Source: Planctomycetia bacterium (lineage in GTDB: Bacteria > Planctomycetota > Planctomycetia > Pirellulales > UBA1268). From it: a DNA stretch of 64,000 nt. Location of the stretch: contig JAPLNR010000069.1 in the NCBI GenBank assembly GCA_026401035.1, positions 66,063 to 130,062 on the forward strand, given 5' to 3'. The position numbers were made by a program, and so were the translations under genes. Under the pieces are notes generated by a model. The model made no database searches and was not told the DNA's origin. It was given only the letters and a program-made list of their open reading frames with translations. Below are positions 55,691 to 64,000 of the stretch, in pieces (positions within the stretch are counted from its first letter, which is position 1; every line of letters begins with the position of its first letter).

Positions 55691-58597
55691 CTAGTAGACC
55701 GTGATGAATTCACTTGCGTTATAGAGGCTGCGGCACAGCATCTTTAGGCCGTGCTCTTCGACGAGTTGCCGACCGGCGGCCAGTTCGGCGGGCGACGGCT
55801 CGCGGCCGAAGGCGAGGACCACCGCCCGGCCCACCTGCTTCCCGGAATCCTCTCCGGCCTCCCGCTGTACCCGATCCGCGAACCGCTTCGCCTGGTCGAG
55901 GAGGAAGTCACCGTTGAGCATGTTGAGCGCCTGCAGCGGCGTGGTGCTGACCGTGCGCTTGGGCTGCACCTGCCCCGCGTCGGGGCAGTCGAAGGCGCCG
56001 AAGAACGAATCCAGTTCGGCCCGCGGCTTGCTCTGGTAGACCATGCGACGGAAATCGTTTGCCGTGAAGCTGGTCTTCGTCGTGTAGACCTTCACGTAGT
56101 TGGTGTTGGGCTCGAAGAGGTCGAAGCCCGGCCCGCCCAGCTTCGGGTCGAGGCTACCGCTCACGGCCAGGATCGAGTCACGGAGCGGCTCGGCTTCGAG
56201 CCGGCGGGGTGGATACCGCCAGAGCAGGCGGCTGTCGGAGTCGCTGGCCAGGCCGTCGGGCCGGGCAGTGCTCCGCTGTCGGTAGGTGCGGCTCGTAACG
56301 ATCAGTCGGTGCAGCGACTTGAGCCTCCAGCCGCCGTCGATGAGTTCGCTCGCCAGCCAATCGAGCAGTTCCGGATGGCTGGGTCTGCCGCCGTTGACGC
56401 CGAGGTCGCTCGGCGTATCGACGATCCCCGTGCCGAAATGATAGTGCCAAAGCCGGTTGGCGATCACGCGGGGCGTGAGCGGATTGTCGGGCGAAGCGAT
56501 CCACTCGGCGAGCCGCTTCCGCCGTTCCTGCTCGGGCGCGTTGGCCGGGAGATCCCAGGAGTTGCCGAGCTTCGTGAGACTCCCGGGCGCGATCTCCTCG
56601 CGTGGGGCCATCGGATCACCACGGAAGAAGCGATGCGTCGTGCCGGGCTGGACGAATTGGCCGATGTAGGCCTTCGGCACGTCCTTCAGCTGCTTGATGC
56701 TCTTCTCCGCCTCGGCCACCTGCGCGGTGAGAGACTCCGCCTCCGCCCGTTCGTTGGGAGAGAGCGATGCAAAGTCGGGGGCAGCGGCCGCGTTGCCGCC
56801 ATACGGAATGCGGTCCTTGTCGCTCGCCACCGTCTGCCACTTCGTCCCGTCGTTCGAGACGGCCACTTCATAGCGAGTAGCGACGCGGTCAGAGAACTGC
56901 GGGGTCGGGCTGCGGTCACGGCTCCAGACAACACGGTGAATCTCGGCCGGCTCCTTGAACGCCAGCTGCACCCAGCCTTTGCCTGCCTCGTTCGAGATCC
57001 ACGACCGAGCGTTGCCGTACTGCCCGTCGTTGACGTGCTCGAGCTTGTGGATCTCGTGGCCGGGCAGCGTGCTCGACGCAGTAGCCGTTGCTGTCCGCGC
57101 GACATTCGTGCCGTCGGTGGCGAACACCTCCAGTTCGTCGATGCAGGGCTGCGAATTGCCTGTGGTCGCAAGCACGGTGAGCCGCAGGAACGCCGCTCGC
57201 GTGGCCGGAAACACGTCGACGTTCTCCTGCGGCGACACCTGTGTCCGCTGCGGGGCGGGTGCGCCAGCGGCCTGGGCTGCCGCGCGGAGCTCGCCGAGCC
57301 GCTCGTTGGCCGTCGCGATCTCGCGCTCCACGGCTGCGATCTGCTGCTGTCGCTCGGCGTCTTCCTTCGGATTGGGGATCGGCCGTTCGCCGTGCTTCAC
57401 GCCCTCGAACACCGCCTTGATTCGGTAGTAATCGGTCTGAGGCACCGGGTCGAACTTGTGATCATGGCAGCGGGCGCAGCCGACCGTAAGGCCCAGGAAC
57501 GCCGATGCGGTGGTGCTCACCATGTCGTGCAGTTCGTCGGCCCGCTGGTTCGACGTGAGCACGATGTCTGGCGACTTGACCTGGTCGTACGGCCCGCCCA
57601 CGAGGAAGCCAGTGGCGGGGTGGACGCCGAAGGCATCGCCGGCGATCTGCTCACGTACGAACTGATCGAACGGCTTATCGTCGTTGAACGCGGCAATGCA
57701 ATAGTCGCGGTACGGCCAGGCATTGGGGCGGGCCGTGTTCGTCTCGAAGCCATGGCTCTCGGCGAACCGCACGACGTCGAGCCAATGCCGCGCCCAGCGC
57801 TCGCCGTAATGGGGAGACGCGAGCAATCGATTGACCAAAGCCTGGTAGGGGCCTTCGACGCCGCCGGCCGAACGGCAGGCATTCTCGAAGGCCGCGATCT
57901 CCTCCGGCGTGGGCGGCAGGCCGACGAGGTCGAACGACACCCGCCGGATGAGCGCGCGCGGATCGGCCTCGGGATTGAACACGAGTTTTGCCGCCGCGAG
58001 CTTTGCGGCGATGAACGCATCGATGGGATTGGGAGACTGCCCGGGATCTCCAGCAGCGGGAGCCTGCGGCACGTCCGGCCGCTTGATCGGCTGAAACGCC
58101 CAGTGGTCGGCACCCTTCTCGGGCTTCGCTTCACCTGCGGGCAGCATCGATGCCGGCAGCGACTCGAGTTCGTCGGGCCAGATCGCGCCCGCCTCGATCC
58201 ACGCCCGCACGAGGTTTTGCTCGTCGGGGGAAAGCGGATCGCCGTCGGCCGGCATCCGCGACTCCTTGTCGTCGGTGCTGATCCGCACGAAGAGTTCGCT
58301 CTCCGCCGGCTTCCCGAAAACGATGCCTGCCGTGCCGGAATCGCCCCCCTTGATCGCCTGCCCGCGCTGGTCGATCCGAAATCCGCTTTCGGCGGACTCC
58401 GGCCCGTGGCAGGCGGCGCACTTCGCCGCGAGCAGCGGCGCGATGGCGGACCGAAAATGGAGAGCTGCCTCGTTGGCTGCCTCAACTTGGCTCGGCTCTG
58501 CACGGGCGACTGCGGACGCAGAACCGGTCAGGCAACTCGCTGAGAGAACAGCCACGACCGTCACGACAGCGCTTGGAACATGTTGCTTGCGTGCCAT
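55691..58597 (-). CDS. PSD1 / DUF1549 / DUF1553 protein with planctomycete cytochrome-c motif and inserted discoidin (F5/8 type C)-like domain
   Basis: 968-aa ORF with a signal peptide and [17 protein letters not shown]. It has a DUF1549-like block (…[15 protein letters not shown]…) and a central [23 protein letters not shown]…GKGWVQLAF… segment that is discoidin-like. A DUF1553-like C-terminal region follows. Confidence 0.88.
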   Translation of the reverse strand: MARKQHVPSAVVTVVAVLSASCLTGSASAVARAEPSQVEAANEAALHFRSAIAPLLAAKCAACHGPESAESGFRIDQRGQAIKGGDSGTAGIVFGKPAESELFVRISTDDKESRMPADGDPLSPDEQNLVRAWIEAGAIWPDELESLPASMLPAGEAKPEKGADHWAFQPIKRPDVPQAPAAGDPGQSPNPIDAFIAAKLAAAKLVFNPEADPRALIRRVSFDLVGLPPTPEEIAAFENACRSAGGVEGPYQALVNRLLASPHYGERWARHWLDVVRFAESHGFETNTARPNAWPYRDYCIAAFNDDKPFDQFVREQIAGDAFGVHPATGFLVGGPYDQVKSPDIVLTSNQRADELHDMVSTTASAFLGLTVGCARCHDHKFDPVPQTDYYRIKAVFEGVKHGERPIPNPKEDAERQQQIAAVEREIATANERLGELRAAAQAAGAPAPQRTQVSPQENVDVFPATRAAFLRLTVLATTGNSQPCIDELEVFATDGTNVARTATATASSTLPGHEIHKLEHVNDGQYGNARSWISNEAGKGWVQLAFKEPAEIHRVVWSRDRSPTPQFSDRVATRYEVAVSNDGTKWQTVASDKDRIPYGGNAAAAPDFASLSPNERAEAESLTAQVAEAEKSIKQLKDVPKAYIGQFVQPGTTHRFFRGDPMAPREEIAPGSLTKLGNSWDLPANAPEQERRKRLAEWIASPDNPLTPRVIANRLWHYHFGTGIVDTPSDLGVNGGRPSHPELLDWLASELIDGGWRLKSLHRLIVTSRTYRQRSTARPDGLASDSDSRLLWRYPPRRLEAEPLRDSILAVSGSLDPKLGGPGFDLFEPNTNYVKVYTTKTSFTANDFRRMVYQSKPRAELDSFFGAFDCPDAGQVQPKRTVSTTPLQALNMLNGDFLLDQAKRFADRVQREAGEDSGKQVGRAVVLAFGREPSPAELAAGRQLVEEHGLKMLCRSLYNASEFITVY

Positions 58598-58906
58598 GTG
58601 GACTCCTGCGGTTCGCGCCTGCTCCGACCTGCACCGATTTTATCGTCCCGCTATCCCGTGAGCCCTACTGCATCCGCCGGAAAAGTCTTACGTTTTGTCG
58701 AGCCCGCCCTGCTTCAAAGCAGCAAGTCCCGTACTTTTTCCTAAAACTATGACGCCGCCACCAACTGAAATCCAGCGGGAAGTTAGTAAACGCGCGCGGC
58801 CAATTATGAAACATCCCGCAAGTTGTATCATTCGCGGACGGGATGTCGCGGAGTGGGTAGCCTTTACTCAGGTGAATCGATCCCCACACCAGCGGAGACC
58901 TGCCCA

Positions 58907-60337
58907 GTGACGCCGTCAGCCCAACCATCCGATCGTTCGCCGACATCCTCCACCAACCGCCGCACCTTTCTGGGACGGGCCGGCCAGATGGCCGCAGTCG
59001 CCGGCGGATTCGTCGGGACGGCCCGCGGCGCCGACGAGGCCAAACCAGCGGCGCCGCCCGCCGTGCAGCCGGGCGGCAGCGACGAGATCCGCGTTGCTCT
59101 GATTGGCTGCGGTGGCCGTGGCGGCGGCGCTGCCGTCGACTGCCTCTCCGTGAGTGCGGCTCCGCTCAAGCTCTACGCCATGGCGGACGTTTTCCCGCAG
59201 GCGATCGAGACCCGTGTCAAAGCGCTCCAGGAGCAATTCAAGGAAAAGGTCGACGTCCCCGAAGACCGCCGGTTTCTGGGATTCGAGGCCTACAAGCAGG
59301 CGATGGATGCCTTGCGCCCCGGCGACATCGCGATCCTCACCACGCCGCCGGGCTTCCGGGCCCCGATGTTCCGCTACGCGATCGAAAAGGGTCTCCATGT
59401 CTTCATGGAGAAGCCGATCTCGGTCGACGGGCCGAGCACGCGGCGAATCATCGAGCTCTCGACGCTCGCCGATGCGAAAAACCTCAAGGTGGGCGTCGGC
59501 CTGATGGCCCGCCACAACAGCGCCCGCCAGGAGCTTTTTCAGCAACTCCGCGAGGGTGCGGCGGGCGACATCATCACGCTCCGCGGCTACCGCATGCACC
59601 CGGCAGTGCAGGGCTGGGACCTCTTCCCCGGTCCGCCCAAGGGCATGACGGAACTTCAGTTCCAGGTGAAGCGGTTCCACTGCTTCCTCTGGGCCAGCGG
59701 TGGCATCTACAGCGACTACTACATCCACCACATCGACGAGGCGTGCTGGATGAAGGATGCCTGGCCGGTGAAGGCCGAGGCCGTCGGCGGCCGCCAATTC
59801 CGCGGCAAGATCGACGACCAAAACTTCGACACCTACGCCGTCGAATACACGTTTCCCGACGGCACGAATTTCTTCTATGCCGGGCGGACGGTGCCCAAGC
59901 TCGAGTCGAAGTTCGGCGTCTTCGGAAACGGCTCGAAGCATGCCTTCCGCATCTCGGGGAACGGCCACAATCCCGCTCGATCGGCCATCTTCAAGGGGCA
60001 GGAAATCGACGACAAGAACAAGGTTTGGTCGCCCAAGGAGCCGGAGACCAATCCCTACCGACAAGAGTGGGTCGATCTCGTCGCGGCGATCGTGAACAAC
60101 ACGCCCTTTAACGAAGCCGTCCGCGGGGCCCAGGCAAGCCTCGTGACCGCGATGGGGCGTTTCGCAGCCCACACCGGCCGGCTCGTCACCTACGACGAGA
60201 TGCTCAACTGCCCCGACGACCTGACGGCGGGAGTCGATTCACTCACCGACTCGTCCCCGGCGATCCTGCTCGCCAACGCCGACGGCACCTATCCCGTGCC
60301 ATCGGCAGGCCGCTTCAAGTTCGAATACCGCGATTGA
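58907..60337 (+). CDS. Gfo/Idh/MocA family oxidoreductase with TAT signal
   Basis: The track ORF is 58823..60337. I suggest the GTG at 58907 as the start. Contains the TAT signal TNRRTFLGRAGQMAAVAGG and the Rossmann motif IRVALIGCGGRGGGAA. Confidence 0.85.
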   Translation: MTPSAQPSDRSPTSSTNRRTFLGRAGQMAAVAGGFVGTARGADEAKPAAPPAVQPGGSDEIRVALIGCGGRGGGAAVDCLSVSAAPLKLYAMADVFPQAIETRVKALQEQFKEKVDVPEDRRFLGFEAYKQAMDALRPGDIAILTTPPGFRAPMFRYAIEKGLHVFMEKPISVDGPSTRRIIELSTLADAKNLKVGVGLMARHNSARQELFQQLREGAAGDIITLRGYRMHPAVQGWDLFPGPPKGMTELQFQVKRFHCFLWASGGIYSDYYIHHIDEACWMKDAWPVKAEAVGGRQFRGKIDDQNFDTYAVEYTFPDGTNFFYAGRTVPKLESKFGVFGNGSKHAFRISGNGHNPARSAIFKGQEIDDKNKVWSPKEPETNPYRQEWVDLVAAIVNNTPFNEAVRGAQASLVTAMGRFAAHTGRLVTYDEMLNCPDDLTAGVDSLTDSSPAILLANADGTYPVPSAGRFKFEYRD

Positions 60338-60352
60338 CTGAGGCTGCTGGGC

Positions 60353-60565
60353 ATGCTCAACGGCTCCGTCGCTGCCGTTCCACCGCACATGCTTCTTGCC
60401 GATCCCGACAAGGTGGCCAGCATCAAATATCACTGCGTGGTTGCGCTCGAGCCAAGGAGTTCAAGCCGCAGACTACACGGCGATTTCAGGATCTGTGGGC
60501 GAAGCGATATGGATGAACGAGCGACCAGGTTCCGAAACAACTCGCGCGGCGACTTCGTGGCCTAG
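60353..60565 (+). pseudogene. HepT (DUF86/HEPN) relic
   Basis: MLNGSVAAVPPHMLLADPDKVASIKYHCVVALE aligns with the intact HepT segment VLNDYVAELRRLAAIAPHVLLGDPDKVASAKYHFVVAIE. The middle is deleted and the Rx4H motif is degraded (RFRNNSRGDF versus RFRNRLVHVY). Confidence 0.65.
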
Positions 60566-61383
60566 GCATCCAGCAGGCTGCCATCGACCCACACGCGGAC
60601 GCCCTCCTGTCGGGCGTAGTCCGTGGTCTGCGGGGAGATCGATTCGCAGGCGACGAGCGGGATGGCGGGGAGCCCGGCCTTGACGAGGCACGCGGCCCGC
60701 CGGGCAGCCCGCATCACGTCATCAGCGTCGGCCTTGTATGACACCTCGCCGACAACATAGGTGGGCTGGCCTTCGACCGTGCCCGAGGCAACGACATCGG
60801 CGCGGAGAAAGTCATCGACTGCTGCCTCTGCCAGCTTCGGCTCGAGCTGGTCGATCAGGTCGGATGCCTGAATGACCTGCCCCCTCCGCAGGAACCGACC
60901 AAGGTACGAGGGCAACCGGTCGCGGAACTTCAGTTCCAAAAGCGTGCCCTCGTGCCGATCGGATCGGATCACAAGCTGATTCAGGATCGTCGAGAAAGAT
61001 GTCATATTGACGGCAAGTTCCTCGACCCGAGATTCGGTACGGGCCTGTGCCTCGGCAAGTTCCTCGACCCGAGCCTCGGTGCGGGCCTGTGCCTGGGCAA
61101 GTTCCTCGACCCGAGCCTCGGTGCGGGCCTGTGCCTGGGCAAGTTCCTCGACCCGAGATTCGGTACGGGCCTGTGCCTCGGCGAGGTTCGTCATCGCTGC
61201 TTCGAGGCGGGAGCTATCGGTATCGACCGATTCGCGGAGGATCCGCATATCCTCCTTCGTCGCGGCGTTTTTGGCTTCTTCAAACATCTTGCCGAGCGCC
61301 TCAGCGAACCCCTTCGCTCGCTCCTCGCCGAGGATCGATCGGAACTGCTCGTAGATCGCAAATGTATTCATGAGGGCCACCAT
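60562..61383 (-). CDS. coiled-coil repeat protein with C-terminal PD-(D/E)xK-nuclease-like domain (DUF3782-like)
   Basis: Internal ATG of track ORF 60562..61500 ([15 protein letters not shown]...). It has four 14-aa repeats LA(E/Q)AQARTE(S/A)RVEE. The C-terminus ...[39 protein letters not shown]... resembles restriction-endonuclease-fold proteins common in cyanobacteria and Deinococcus-Thermus. Confidence 0.7.
   Translation of the reverse strand: MVALMNTFAIYEQFRSILGEERAKGFAEALGKMFEEAKNAATKEDMRILRESVDTDSSRLEAAMTNLAEAQARTESRVEELAQAQARTEARVEELAQAQARTEARVEELAEAQARTESRVEELAVNMTSFSTILNQLVIRSDRHEGTLLELKFRDRLPSYLGRFLRRGQVIQASDLIDQLEPKLAEAAVDDFLRADVVASGTVEGQPTYVVGEVSYKADADDVMRAARRAACLVKAGLPAIPLVACESISPQTTDYARQEGVRVWVDGSLLDA
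61011..61178. repeat. 4 x 42-bp perfect-phase tandem repeat inside the coiled-coil gene (units A-B-B-A)
   Basis: Units at 61011-61052 and 61137-61178 are identical to each other. Units at 61053-61094 and 61095-61136 are also identical to each other. The A and B units differ at a few positions. Confidence 0.9.
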
Positions 61384-61523
61384 GTGCCGTACCTCCCTGG
61401 ATTGTAGCAACGCCCGCCCGGCTGGGCGGCGCATCGGCAAGAATATATACGGGCGTTCACTCCACGAACAAGGGGTGTTTCTGGACAGCCGGGCGGCCAT
61501 CGCTCAGGGCCTGCGGCGGCCCG

Positions 61524-62816
61524 CTATGCGGCAATCCGCTCGACCTTGCCGACGACCAGGCCGTAGCAGACCGCCCCGGCGATCGCCGTCACGGCGATGT
61601 AGGTGATCGCCGGCGCGAAGTCGCCGCCCTTCACGAGGTAGCCGATCACGATCGGAACGCTCACGCTCGCGAGGTTGCCGACGAAGTTGAACATGCCGCC
61701 GGTGAGCCCCAGCAGCCGTTCGGGCGCGATCGCCGACACGAGCGACCAGGTGATCGACGCCAGGCCGTTGCCGAAGAAAGCGAGCGACAGGAAGAGGATC
61801 ACGAGCGCGGGGCTCTCGACGTAATTGGCCCCGATGATCGACGAAGAGATGAGCAGGCCCGTGATGATCGGCAGTTTGCGGGCCATGCCGAGCGACCAGC
61901 CCGCGCGGACGAGCCGGTCGGACAGGATTCCCGAGCAGTTCACGCCGGCAAACGCCGCCAGGAACGGCACGGAGCCGAGGATCCCCGCCTTGATGAAATC
62001 CATGCCGCGGAAGTCGACGAGATACGTGGGAAACCAGGTGAGGAAAAACCAGAGCGTCGAGGTCAGGCAAAACTGGCCGAGGTAGAGCCCCCAGAGCTTG
62101 CGATGCGAGACCACGGTCGCGAGATCCGACCAACGGAAACCGGGACGGGTTTTCTGGGTCGCCGCGAGATCGACGAAGCCGCCACCCTCGCGGATGAGGG
62201 CGATCTCGGCGGCATTCGCGGCGCGGCACTCGGTCGGCTCCCGGTAGCAGGCATACCACACCGCCGCCCAGAGCACGCCCACGCCGCCGGTCACGAGAAA
62301 CACCATCTGCCAGCCGAAGGCCTGTTGCAGGGCATAGAGCACGGGCGACAGGAAGGCGAGGCCGACGAACTGGCCCGACGTATAAAACCCGACGGCGGTC
62401 GCCCGCTCCCGCTCGGGAAACCAGGTCGTGACCACGCGGCTGTTGATCGGATACGACGGCGCCTCGAGCGCCCCGACCAAGAGTCGCAGACCGATGAGGC
62501 CCGCCACGCTGCCCACGAACCCCAGCCCGATGGTGGCGAGCGACCAGAGCGCGATCGCGACGGGGTAGAGGATTCGCGGTGGAATCTTGTCGACGAGCCA
62601 GCCGCCGGGCACCTGCAGGGCCGCGTAGGTCCAGCCGAAGGCCGCGAGGATATAGCCCTTCTGGGCGTCGTCGAACCCGAGATCCCTGGCGAGCTGCGGC
62701 GCGGCGACGGAGAGATTGGCCCGGTCGAGGTAGTTGATCACCACCGACACGAAGAGCATCCCCGCGATGAGATAGCGGGCCCGCGTGGGCTGGGCCGTGT
62801 TGCGATCGCTCACCAT
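61524..62816 (-). CDS. MFS transporter (anion:cation symporter family, D-galactonate/hexuronate transporter-like)
   Basis: 430-aa [66 protein letters not shown] is the typical ACS-family N-terminus. It overlaps dgoD by 7 nt. Confidence 0.88.
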   Translation of the reverse strand: MVSDRNTAQPTRARYLIAGMLFVSVVINYLDRANLSVAAPQLARDLGFDDAQKGYILAAFGWTYAALQVPGGWLVDKIPPRILYPVAIALWSLATIGLGFVGSVAGLIGLRLLVGALEAPSYPINSRVVTTWFPERERATAVGFYTSGQFVGLAFLSPVLYALQQAFGWQMVFLVTGGVGVLWAAVWYACYREPTECRAANAAEIALIREGGGFVDLAATQKTRPGFRWSDLATVVSHRKLWGLYLGQFCLTSTLWFFLTWFPTYLVDFRGMDFIKAGILGSVPFLAAFAGVNCSGILSDRLVRAGWSLGMARKLPIITGLLISSSIIGANYVESPALVILFLSLAFFGNGLASITWSLVSAIAPERLLGLTGGMFNFVGNLASVSVPIVIGYLVKGGDFAPAITYIAVTAIAGAVCYGLVVGKVERIAA

Positions 62817-63958
62817 TCGGCAAAGCTCCCGTCGGCGTGCCGCCAGATCGGATTCCGCCAGCGGTGGCCGACGGCGGCCCGCTCCTTGACGTAGTCCTCG
62901 TTGACCTCGATGCCGAGGCCGGGGCCGGAGGGGATCTTCACGTAGCCGTCAGCGTAGTCGAAGACTTCGGGATTCTTGACGTAGTCGAGCAGGTCGTTGC
63001 CCTGGTTGTAGTGGATGCCGAGGCTCTGCTCCTGGATGAAGGCGTTGTAGCAGTTGGCATCGAGCTGGAGGTTCACCGCCAGCGCGATCGGCCCGAGCGG
63101 GCAGTGTAGGGCGATCGCCACGTCGTAGGCCTCGGCCATCGTCGCGATCTTCTTCGTCTCGGTGATACCGCCGGCGTGCGATGGGTCGGGCTGGAGGATG
63201 TCGACGTAGCCGTCCTGCAGAATCTGCTTGAAGTCCCACCGCGAATAGAGCCGCTCGCCGAGGGCGATCGGGATGTTGGCAAGGCCGGCAAACTCCTTGA
63301 GCGAGTCGGCATGCTCGCTCAGGACCGGCTCCTCGATAAACATCAGCCGGTAGGGCTCGAGCTCCTTGAAGAGCACCTTGGCCATCGGCTTGTGCACGCG
63401 GCCGTGGAAATCGACGCCGATCCCGAAGTGCGGGCCCACGGCCTCGCGGATGGCGGCAACGTTGGCAAGCACCCGGTCGACCTTCTCGAACGAGTCGACG
63501 TATTGGAGTTCCTCGGAGGCGTTCATCTTGATCGCGGTGAATCCCCGTGCAGCCCGCTCCTTGGCCTGGGTCGCCGTCTCCCCCGGCCGGTCGCCGCCGA
63601 TCCAGGAATAGACCCGGATCTTGTCGCGGACTTTTCCACCCAGCAGGTCATACACCGGCACGCCGAGGGCCTTGCCCTTGATGTCCCAGAGGGCCTGGTC
63701 GATGCCGGCAATCGCACTCATGTGGATCGCGCCGCCGCGATAAAAGCCGCCCCGGTAGAGCACCGTCCAGTGGTCTTCGATGTTCCGCGGATCCTTGCCG
63801 ATCAGATAGTCGGCGAGTTCATCGACGGCGGCGGCCACGCTATGGGCCCGCCCCTCGACCACGGGCTCGCCCCAGCCGACGACGCCCTCGTCGGTCTCCA
63901 CCTTCAGGAAACACCAGCGGGGCGGCACGATAAACGTGGTGAGCTTTGTGATCTTCAT
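62810..63958 (-). CDS. dgoD: D-galactonate dehydratase (enolase superfamily)
   Basis: 382-aa ORF colinear with E. coli DgoD from [32 protein letters not shown] to ...[16 protein letters not shown]. Confidence 0.93.
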   Translation of the reverse strand: MKITKLTTFIVPPRWCFLKVETDEGVVGWGEPVVEGRAHSVAAAVDELADYLIGKDPRNIEDHWTVLYRGGFYRGGAIHMSAIAGIDQALWDIKGKALGVPVYDLLGGKVRDKIRVYSWIGGDRPGETATQAKERAARGFTAIKMNASEELQYVDSFEKVDRVLANVAAIREAVGPHFGIGVDFHGRVHKPMAKVLFKELEPYRLMFIEEPVLSEHADSLKEFAGLANIPIALGERLYSRWDFKQILQDGYVDILQPDPSHAGGITETKKIATMAEAYDVAIALHCPLGPIALAVNLQLDANCYNAFIQEQSLGIHYNQGNDLLDYVKNPEVFDYADGYVKIPSGPGLGIEVNEDYVKERAAVGHRWRNPIWRHADGSFAEW

Positions 63959-64000
63959 GCGGTTGGTCCTCGCGGGATGGATCGCCAGGCGGCAACGAAT

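Overview
The window is very GC-rich. It looks like a chromosomal segment of a Planctomycetota genome, judged from DUF1552, DUF1592-type, DUF1501 and PSD1/DUF1549/DUF1553 proteins, several sulfatases, TAT-signal oxidoreductases, and an S8 protease with an N-terminal LESRMLMAAD-type motif. Because of the GC content the ORF track is full of long antisense or alternate-frame ORFs. I kept only ORFs with recognisable family motifs or clear GC3 bias.

Main content, left to right:
- 1-12.4 kb: three and a half tandem paralogous DUF1552 + DUF1592-type (CxxCH) gene pairs on the minus strand. All four internal junctions are ATGA stop/start overlaps. The array is interrupted by an opposite-strand O-methyltransferase and toxin-antitoxin debris.
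- 13.2-14.1 kb: an intact MNT/HepT toxin-antitoxin pair.
- 14.3-18.5 kb: two sulfatases flanking an orphan emfourin-like gene and a DUF1353 gene.
- 18.5-26 kb: small housekeeping or secreted genes, a Gly/His/Met-rich secreted protein, a putative cyclase/formamidase, a 713-aa membrane-anchored patatin-like lipase, and a Fae-like protein.
- 26.1-31.9 kb: a rhamnose locus with AraC, rhaA, a permease, a small membrane protein and an amidohydrolase.
- 31.9-35.0 kb, at the window centre: a 2.3-kb accessory islet bracketed by 365-bp direct repeats that duplicate the 3' end of pfk. The islet holds an IS91-like fragment, an rve-type IS fragment, a second NTase/HEPN pair, and a truncated secreted-protein gene.
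- 35-47.6 kb: pfk, ppc, a DEAD-box helicase, a frameshifted desaturase, pdxJ, htrA, rnc and an S8 protease.
- 47.6-54.1 kb: a RAYT-like relic, then oleD, a fused oleBC, oleA and a membrane desaturase.
- 54.2-64 kb: a DUF1501 + PSD1 pair, a Gfo/Idh/MocA oxidoreductase, a HepT relic, a coiled-coil/nuclease-like protein with a 4 x 42 bp repeat, an MFS transporter and dgoD.

An interspersed REP-like element, GTAG + GACAGGC-TTCA-GCCTGTC, occurs four times, once as an inverted doublet. I found no rRNA, tRNA or CRISPR array. All similarity statements are by-eye comparisons from memory of the families; no database search was run.
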